Source of the DNA: Rhodanobacteraceae bacterium
GTDB taxonomy: Bacteria > Pseudomonadota > Gammaproteobacteria > Xanthomonadales > Rhodanobacteraceae
Assembly (NCBI GenBank): GCA_036380855.1
Contig: DASVDY010000093.1
Location: 1 to 40,294, forward strand
Direction: 5' to 3'
DNA length: 40,294 nucleotides
Under the pieces are notes generated by a model that did no database searches, was not told the DNA's origin, and saw nothing but the letters and a program-made list of their open reading frames with translations. Position 1 is the first letter of the stretch. Each line of letters opens with the position of its first letter. A program made the position numbers and the translations under genes. Shown in pieces: positions 34,480 through 40,294 of this stretch.

Positions 34480-35684
34480 ACGTGCGCCGGCCCTTGCGTG
34501 CACTTGCCTGGATTGCCTGCGCGTTCGCGTTCTGTGTGATCGTGTTCGGTGCGTTCGTGCGGCTGTCCAACGCCGGCCTGTCGTGCCCGGACTGGCCGAC
34601 CTGCTACGGCCACGTCACCTGGCCGCAGCGCCCGCATGCGATCGCCAAAGCCGATGCCGCGTTTCCGGATCGGCCCTACGAAACGCACAAGGCCTGGCGC
34701 GAGCAGACGCACCGTTTCCTCGCCGGCACCCTGGGCGTGCTGGTGCTGGCGCTTGCGCTCGCGGCGAGCTGGCGCGTGCGCCGGCGCCTGCTGCTGGTGA
34801 TCGCCGGCATCGCGCTGATTGCGATCGGCATTCCGCTCTACATGGCGCGGCATTACGTTCCCTCCAGCATCGTGGCGGCGGCCGGCGAAGCGCTGCTGCT
34901 GGGCTGCACGCTGTTCTGGCGCGGCGGTGGCTGGCGGCGCGTCGCGGTGCTGACGCTGGCGGTGGTGTCGTTCCAGGCGCTGCTGGGCATGTGGACGGTG
35001 ACGTGGTTGCTGAAGCCGATCGTGGTGTCGGGGCACCTGCTGGGCGGCATGACGACGTTCGCGCTGCTGGCGTGGCTTGCGTGGAACTCGAGCGGCGCGC
35101 ATGCACGAACACCGCGCGAAGCCTCGCTGCAGACCGCGGTCGTGATCGGCCTGGTGCTGCTGGCCTGCCAGATCTTCCTCGGCGGATGGACATCGTCGAA
35201 CTACGCCGCGCTTGCCTGCGGCATCGGCCCGCAATCGTTCCCGAAGTGCCTCGGCCAGTGGTGGCCGCCGGTGGATTTCCACCAGGGCTTCATCCTCTGG
35301 CGCGGCATCGGCGTGAACTTCGAAGGCGGCATCCTGGACGCGGCGGCGCGCAGCGCGATCCAGATTGCGCACCGCTTCGGCGCGTTGGTCGTGTTCGTGT
35401 ACCTCGCGTGGCTCGCGCACAAGGTCGCGCGTGCAGGGTTGCGCGGACTCGGCATTGCGCTTGGCGTTCTGCTGCTGGCGCAGGTCGCGCTGGGCATCAG
35501 CAACGTGATGTTCGGTCTGCCGCTGGCGGTGGCGGTCGCGCACAACGGCGGCGCCGCGCTGCTGCTGTTCACGGTGGTGTCGCTGGTGGCCCATACCCAG
35601 CGCGCCCGCGCCGGCGTCCCTGCCACCCAGCCGCTTGCCCTTGATGAAAGTTCGGGATCGCGCGCAGGCGCGCTCCTACAATAG
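34476..35684 (+). CDS. ctaA: Heme A synthase (COX15/CtaA)
   Basis: [22 protein letters not shown], multiple TM helices and conserved His (EQTHRF, IAHRFGA) are present. Confidence 0.85.
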   Translation: MNVRRPLRALAWIACAFAFCVIVFGAFVRLSNAGLSCPDWPTCYGHVTWPQRPHAIAKADAAFPDRPYETHKAWREQTHRFLAGTLGVLVLALALAASWRVRRRLLLVIAGIALIAIGIPLYMARHYVPSSIVAAAGEALLLGCTLFWRGGGWRRVAVLTLAVVSFQALLGMWTVTWLLKPIVVSGHLLGGMTTFALLAWLAWNSSGAHARTPREASLQTAVVIGLVLLACQIFLGGWTSSNYAALACGIGPQSFPKCLGQWWPPVDFHQGFILWRGIGVNFEGGILDAAARSAIQIAHRFGALVVFVYLAWLAHKVARAGLRGLGIALGVLLLAQVALGISNVMFGLPLAVAVAHNGGAALLLFTVVSLVAHTQRARAGVPATQPLALDESSGSRAGALLQ

Positions 35685-35688
35685 GCGG

Positions 35689-36609
35689 ATGTTCTCCCTC
35701 GCTTCCCAATATTTCGAGCTGACCAAGCCGCGCATCGTCGCGCTGCTGGTGTTCACCGCCGTCATCGGCATGTTCCTGGCGGTACCCGGCGTGCCGCCGT
35801 GGCGCGCGCTGGTTTTCGGCACGCTCGGCATCTGGCTTGCATCCAGCTCGGCCGCGGCGCTGAACCAGTTGATTGACCAGCGCATAGACAAGGTGATGGC
35901 GCGCACCTCGCACCGGCCCCTTCCGAGCGGCACGCTGACCACGCGCCAGGTGCTCACTTTCGCGGTGATCATCGGCGTGCTCTCGATGGCGGTGCTGTTC
36001 TTCCTCGTCAACCCACTGACCGCGCTGCTGACTTTCGCCGGCCTGATCGGTTACGCGGTGATCTACACCGCGTTCCTGAAACGCGCCACCCCGCAGAACA
36101 TCGTGATCGGCGGGCTGGCGGGCGCGATCCCGCCGCTGCTGGGCTGGTCGGCAGTCACCGACATGCGCGGCCCGACCGACTGGGCCTACGCGCTGCTGCT
36201 GGTTCTGATCATCTTCGCCTGGACGCCGCCGCACTTCTGGTCGCTCGCGATCTTCCGCCGCGAGGACTACAAGCGCGCCTGCATCCCGATGCTGCCGGTC
36301 GCCTACGACGTGCAGTACACGCGCTGGCACGTGCTGTTCTACACCGTGCTGCTGGTGCTGGTCACATTGCTGCCTTATCTCACCGGCATGAGCGGGCTGT
36401 GCTATCTCGGCGGCGCGCTGGTGCTCGGCATCGCCTATCTCTATTACGCGGCGCGGCTGATGCGGCCGCCGGACGAACTGTTCGCGATGCGCGCGTTCGG
36501 CTATTCGCTGGTCTACCTGATGGCGCTGTTCGCGTTCCTGCTGATGGACCACTGGCTGCTGGCACCGATGGTGCCGCACGCCGGCTACGTGCTGGAGCGG
36601 GTCGGCTGA
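35689..36609 (+). CDS. ctaB: Protoheme IX farnesyltransferase (heme O synthase)
   Basis: [33 protein letters not shown] and [10 protein letters not shown] are present. The start is ATG 35689. Confidence 0.9.
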   Translation: MFSLASQYFELTKPRIVALLVFTAVIGMFLAVPGVPPWRALVFGTLGIWLASSSAAALNQLIDQRIDKVMARTSHRPLPSGTLTTRQVLTFAVIIGVLSMAVLFFLVNPLTALLTFAGLIGYAVIYTAFLKRATPQNIVIGGLAGAIPPLLGWSAVTDMRGPTDWAYALLLVLIIFAWTPPHFWSLAIFRREDYKRACIPMLPVAYDVQYTRWHVLFYTVLLVLVTLLPYLTGMSGLCYLGGALVLGIAYLYYAARLMRPPDELFAMRAFGYSLVYLMALFAFLLMDHWLLAPMVPHAGYVLERVG

Positions 36610-36610
36610 A

Positions 36611-37504
36611 ATGCCAGGCGTGTTGCACTGGTTCGTGCCCTGGGAGCCCTCACCCACCGCGGTGATCTGCTTCCTCGTCGCGGCGCTTTTGTATTGGCGC
36701 GGCACGCGACGGTCGCCACTGACGACCACCCGCCTTCGGCAACTGGCGTTCTGGTCGGGACTGGCCGTGATCTACATCGGCCTGCACACGCAGCTCGACT
36801 ATTACGCCGAGCACGAGTTCTTCGTGCATCGCCTGCAGCACCTCGGCCTGCATCACCTCGGTCCGTTCCTGATCGCGCTGGCCTATCCGGGCGCGGCGTT
36901 CCGCCGCGCGCTGCCGATCGGATTCCGCGCCCGCGTGCTGCGGCCGGCGCTGACGCGCGGACCGCTGCGCTGGGCGTTGGACGTGCTGTTCAACCCGGTC
37001 ATCGCATCGCTGCTGTTCTTCGGGCTGATCTGGTTCTGGCTGTGGCCCGCGGTGCATTTCGACGCGATGCTCGACTGGCGGCTCTATCGCGTGATGAACT
37101 GGAGCATGGCCGTGGACGGCCTGCTGTTCTGGTGGCTGATCCTGGACCCGCGCCCGCGCCCGCCGGCGCGGCTGGCACCGGGGGTGCGGATCCTGGTGGC
37201 GCTGGCGGTGATGATTCCGCAGATCCTGGTCGGCGCCTACATCACCTTCGCCCACGGCGACCTCTACCCGATCTACGACCTGTGCGGCCGCGCGTTTGGC
37301 GGGGTCAGCCAGGCCACCGATCAATACCTGGGCGGGCTGATCCTGTGGATTCCCTCATCCATGATGAGCGTGCTCGGTGCGCTGGTCGCGTTCCGGCACT
37401 GGCTGCGGCTTTCCACCCGTGGGCGCCTTGCGATCCAGCAGCGCTGGAAGGCGCAGCGGAAGCTGCAACAACGGCAGCTCGAGCAGCGCGGCGCGTCCAC
37501 GTAA
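36611..37504 (+). CDS. ctaG: Caa3_CtaG-type (Bacillus-type) cytochrome c oxidase assembly membrane protein
   Basis: 297 aa and polytopic, with W..P....I and HEFFVHRLQHLGLHHLGPFLIALA His-rich motifs as in the Caa3_CtaG family. It follows ctaB with a 1-nt gap. Confidence 0.75.
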   Translation: MPGVLHWFVPWEPSPTAVICFLVAALLYWRGTRRSPLTTTRLRQLAFWSGLAVIYIGLHTQLDYYAEHEFFVHRLQHLGLHHLGPFLIALAYPGAAFRRALPIGFRARVLRPALTRGPLRWALDVLFNPVIASLLFFGLIWFWLWPAVHFDAMLDWRLYRVMNWSMAVDGLLFWWLILDPRPRPPARLAPGVRILVALAVMIPQILVGAYITFAHGDLYPIYDLCGRAFGGVSQATDQYLGGLILWIPSSMMSVLGALVAFRHWLRLSTRGRLAIQQRWKAQRKLQQRQLEQRGAST

Positions 37505-37513
37505 CCGTTTTTT

Positions 37514-37592
37514 CGACGCGGATCAACACGGATGGACACGGATCAAGGGTAAAAAGCTCTTCCGCTTTTATCCGCGTTGATCCGTATCAAGG
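37514..37592. repeat. Palindromic ACGGAT/ATCCG-decamer element (family shared with 11551-11650) in a convergent spacer
   Basis: CGGATCAAC (37518-26) is complementary to GTTGATCCG (37575-83). ACGGAT is repeated at 10-nt spacing (37527-32, 37537-42). ATCAAGGG is repeated directly (37541-48, 37585-92). Confidence 0.6.
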
Positions 37593-37609
37593 GCTTTTGC
37601 TTTCGCCAC

Positions 37610-38068
37610 CTACGGGCCCGTCGCATTGGCGGGCCGCACCGGCCACGTCGCCTGGACCGTTTGGCCGCCGGCGAAGTGCAGCGTGAGGCGCACCGCGTCG
37701 CCCGGTTGGATCGGGTGTTTCGGATCCATCAGCATCAGGTGATAGCCGCCGGGCACCAGCTTCACCGCGCCATGCGCGGGGATGACGAGTGCATCCACCA
37801 TTTCCATGGTGTCCTTGCCGTTCTTCTGCATCGAGCGATGCAGCATCGCCATCCCGTAATCGGCGCTGTCGGCGGCAATGAACTTCACCGGGGTGTCGCC
37901 GTCGTTGCGGATCGTGGCGTAACCGGCCGCGGGCAGGTTGGCGGGCAGCCAGCGCACCCAGCCGCGCTCGACCGAAATCGCAGGCGCCGGCGTCGCCGCG
38001 AACGTGCCGCGTGCCAGCAGCAGGCAGGCTGAGGCCAGGAAAGCGAGGGTGGGCGAGGGTATTTTCAT
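37610..38068 (-). CDS. Periplasmic copper chaperone PCu(A)C (DUF461)
   Basis: A signal peptide is followed by the Met/His copper motif region MAMLHRSMQKNGKDTMEMV and GGYHLMLMD. Confidence 0.85.
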   Translation of the reverse strand: MKIPSPTLAFLASACLLLARGTFAATPAPAISVERGWVRWLPANLPAAGYATIRNDGDTPVKFIAADSADYGMAMLHRSMQKNGKDTMEMVDALVIPAHGAVKLVPGGYHLMLMDPKHPIQPGDAVRLTLHFAGGQTVQATWPVRPANATGP

Positions 38069-38661
38069 GAGCCCTGCCCGATGAGCAATTTCACGTCGTG
38101 CGCGATTTCATCCGGCGAATCGGCCGACGTGCCGAGCAACCGCGCATGGCCTTGCGGTCCGAAGATGTAGATCGCCGAGCTGTGGCTCACTTCGTAGCCG
38201 CCGCCGGGATGCGTGGCATCGCGATTGAAAGCCGCCCGGTAACGCTTCGCCATCGCGGCGATCTGCGCGGGCGTGCCGGTCAGCCCGACGATGCGCGGAT
38301 CGAACGCGGTCACGTACTGGTGCAGCACCTGGGGCGTGTCGCGCGCCGGGTCCACGCTGACGAACAGGATCCGCACCTTGTCCGCTTCGGCGCCGAGTTT
38401 CTGCATCGCCAGGTGCAGGTGCACCAGGGTCAGCGGGCACACGTCCGGGCAATGCGTGTAGCCGAAGTACATCATCACGTACTTGCCGCGGAAATCCGTC
38501 GCGGTCATCGGCTTGCCGGTATCCGAAACCAGGTTGAATTGGAGATCCGGAAGATGCCCGCGCACGTCGTTCAATTGCCAGGGGGGCGGCGCATGGCTGC
38601 ATGCGGCCAGCAGGAGCGCGCCCAGCGCGGGCAGCAGGAGTCGTCGCAAGGTTGGAAGCAT
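38065..38661 (-). CDS. SCO1/SenC-family copper chaperone (lipoprotein)
   Basis: The start is placed at ATG 38661 (MLPTLRRLLLPALGALLLAAC, with lipobox). The thioredoxin-fold motif FGYTHCPDVCP and a downstream His (VSHSS) are present. It shares an ATGA overlap with the PCuAC gene. Confidence 0.85.
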   Translation of the reverse strand: MLPTLRRLLLPALGALLLAACSHAPPPWQLNDVRGHLPDLQFNLVSDTGKPMTATDFRGKYVMMYFGYTHCPDVCPLTLVHLHLAMQKLGAEADKVRILFVSVDPARDTPQVLHQYVTAFDPRIVGLTGTPAQIAAMAKRYRAAFNRDATHPGGGYEVSHSSAIYIFGPQGHARLLGTSADSPDEIAHDVKLLIGQGS

Positions 38662-38962
38662 CACGGGCCAGCGGGTGAGTCGAAACCCCGATGATACGCG
38701 CAGGGTTGACGGATTGCTGCGCTGCCGCGAAAATATGCGCGCCGCAAGATGCGTCCGCATCGCGCGGTACCCGTGTCCACCAAGCAAAGGTTATGGACGT
38801 ACACCCTAGTCGCAGCGCCGCCATCTGCTCGCATCGGATGACGGCGACCAACAACCGGTTCGCCCGCGGCCACCGCTCAGGCCCGGTCGGCGCTTTCCTC
38901 GACTAGGAAAGTCCGGCCCGCTCCTGACGATGCCGTCGGCATCGTTATCGAGGAGATGGGCC

Positions 38963-39085
38963 ATGAAACTCCTTCGTGAATTCTGCTTGCGCCTGGCGGC
39001 CCGCCATGCGCCGCATTCGCGCAATCGCAATCGCCGTGCGTGGCACGTGACCGTGCCTGCGCCGCGCGTGCGCCCGCAAGCCTGA
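38963..39085 (+). CDS. Candidate 40-codon leader ORF in the mgtA 5' region (speculative)
   Basis: GGAGA lies 7 nt upstream of ATG 38963. Translation: MKLLREFCLRLAARHAPHSRNRNRRAWHVTVPAPRVRPQA. The early codons are unusual for this genome (AAA, CTT, CGT, TTG), and there is no homology evidence. Confidence 0.2.
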   Translation: MKLLREFCLRLAARHAPHSRNRNRRAWHVTVPAPRVRPQA

Positions 39086-39180
39086 TGCACCGAAGTACGC
39101 GAAAACGAAATTCGCTTTTGCGATCCCGACCGTGTCGGATTGATCGCCGCCCCCTGCTGCGCTGATTCCACGGACCGACC

Positions 39181-39220
39181 GCTCGCTTCGTGGCAAAACC
39201 TGAAGTCCACGGAAGCGAGC
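39181..39220 (+). promoter_or_regulatory. Stem-loop sequestering the mgtA Shine-Dalgarno
   Basis: GCTCGCTTC-GTGG (39181-93) pairs with CCAC-(G)-GAAGCGAGC (39207-20), giving 13 bp with one bulge. The 3' arm contains the GGAAG SD and ends 1 nt before ATG 39222. An upstream CCACGGA (39168-74) could pair alternatively with TTCGTGG (39187-93). Confidence 0.5.
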
Positions 39221-39221
39221 C

Positions 39222-40294
39222 ATGCTGCAAACCCCGCCGAACGACACGCCCAACGCCGCCGCCGCGAAGAACGGCGCGAGTGGTGCGCGCCCGCGCGCGG
39301 CGGAACAGGCCTGGCGCACGAACGCGGAACTGTTGCAGGAACTGGACACCAGTCTCGCGGGACTCGACCAGGAGCAGATCGAGGCGCGGCTGGATCGCGA
39401 CGGCGCCAACGAAGTCAGCCACGAGAAGCCGCCGCACTGGTCGCGACAGCTGCTGCGCGCTTTCAAGAATCCGTTCATCGTGGTGCTGCTGGTACTGGCC
39501 GCGGTGCAGTTGTTCACTTCGGACGACATTACCGGCCCGATCATCATCGGCGTGATGGTGCTGATCAGCGCCAGCTTGAGCTTTACCCAGGAATACCGTT
39601 CCTCCAAGGCCGCCGAGAAATTGAAGGCGATGGTGCGCAACACCGCCACCGTCACCCGGCGCGCCTCCGACGGCCACAGCGAGCGCATCGAGGTGCCGGT
39701 CGGCGAGCTGGTCGCCGGCGACATCGTGCATCTCGCCGCGGGTGACATGGTCCCGGCGGACCTGCGCCTGCTCGGTGCGAAAGACCTGTTCGTCAGCCAG
39801 GCCATCCTCACCGGCGAATCGCTTCCGGTCGAAAAGAGCGCTCCGTTGCCGGGCATGGGCACGCAGTCGGCAGCCACGCCGCTGGATTTGCCGGGCGTGT
39901 GCTACATGGGCACCAACGTGATCAGCGGCAGCGCGACTGCCGTGGCCGTTGCGACCGGCGCACGAAGTTACCTCGGTTCGCTGGCGCGCACCATCGTCGG
40001 CCAGCGCGTGCAGACCAGCTTCGATCGCGGCGTCAACAGCGTGTCGTGGCTGCTGATCCGCTTCATGGCGGTGATGGTGCCGATCGTTTTCCTGATCAAC
40101 GGATTCGACAAGGGCAACTGGCTGGAAGCCTTCCTGTTCGCGTTGTCCGTCGCCGTCGGGCTGACGCCGGAGATGCTGCCGCTGATCGTCACCGCCAACC
40201 TCGGCAAGGGCGCGCTGGCCATGTCGCGGCGCAAAGTCGTGGTGAAGCGCCTCAACGCGATCCAGAACTTCGGCGCGATGGACGTGCTGTGCAC
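39222..40294 (+). CDS. mgtA: Magnesium-translocating P-type ATPase MgtA, N-terminal ~357 aa (continues beyond window end)
   Basis: My translation gives MLQTPPNDTP...LDRDGANEVSHEKPPHWSRQLLRAFKNPFIVVLLVLAAV...GDIVHLAAGDMVPADLRLL...LTGESLPVEK...GLTPEMLPLIVTANLGKGALAMSRRKVVVKRLNAIQNFGAMDVLC. It ends just before the expected DKTGT site. It is not in the ORF track because it has no stop within the window. Confidence 0.9.
   Translation, partial: MLQTPPNDTPNAAAAKNGASGARPRAAEQAWRTNAELLQELDTSLAGLDQEQIEARLDRDGANEVSHEKPPHWSRQLLRAFKNPFIVVLLVLAAVQLFTSDDITGPIIIGVMVLISASLSFTQEYRSSKAAEKLKAMVRNTATVTRRASDGHSERIEVPVGELVAGDIVHLAAGDMVPADLRLLGAKDLFVSQAILTGESLPVEKSAPLPGMGTQSAATPLDLPGVCYMGTNVISGSATAVAVATGARSYLGSLARTIVGQRVQTSFDRGVNSVSWLLIRFMAVMVPIVFLINGFDKGNWLEAFLFALSVAVGLTPEMLPLIVTANLGKGALAMSRRKVVVKRLNAIQNFGAMDVLC

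Noticed and set aside
38880-39221. M-box (ykoK) Mg2+ riboswitch or an enterobacterial mgtL homologue upstream of mgtA
   Set aside because: I saw no recognisable M-box conserved segments. The candidate uORF has no sequence similarity to the 17-aa MgtL that I can see. Only the generic architecture (long leader, SD-occluding stem) is supported.

Overview
High-GC (about 70% in sampled lines) chromosomal window, probably from a Xanthomonadales/Lysobacterales-type gammaproteobacterium; that assignment is an inference from gene content and order. Most of it is core housekeeping. Genes in order: rmuC (partial), srkA, a PaaI-type thioesterase, an AscD/Fre-like ferredoxin reductase, hemD-hemX-hemY, a YiiD_C-like thioesterase, a lipoprotein, a rhodanese, a GT2 glycosyltransferase, an ECF sigma/anti-sigma pair, rsmG-parA-parB, an SPFH protein, hemB, an AraC regulator, a KefB/KefC-type K+ efflux protein, a 1145-aa membrane-anchored ankyrin-repeat protein, fadL and putA. 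These are followed by a complete aa3-type cytochrome c oxidase structural and assembly cluster (DUF2244, coxB, ctaD, small assembly protein, ctaE, DUF2909, SURF1, a CxxxC protein, ctaA, ctaB, Caa3-type ctaG), convergent SCO/PCuAC copper chaperones, and the 5' part of mgtA. The one clearly accessory segment is a ~1.4-kb low-GC insertion (about 1611-3000). It is bracketed by 180-bp direct repeats (extending to ~200/240 bp) of the 3' end of the thioesterase gene. It carries a Sec-signal, Cys/Gly-rich 318-aa protein of unrecognised family plus a 77-aa multi-TM protein, and no integrase is visible. This is the best candidate for an undescribed system. Other points: (1) a double-hairpin repeat family with compensatory stem changes sits in every intergenic spacer of the cox operon; (2) a second palindromic ACGGAT-decamer repeat family occurs at two sites; (3) there is a 22-bp tandem array; (4) a strong orphan terminator and structured leader lie upstream of kefB; (5) a hairpin sequesters the mgtA Shine-Dalgarno; (6) all three canonical Mg/Mn-site ligands of the oxidase are substituted. 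Many long ORFs in the supplied track are off-frame or antisense artefacts of high GC and were rejected.
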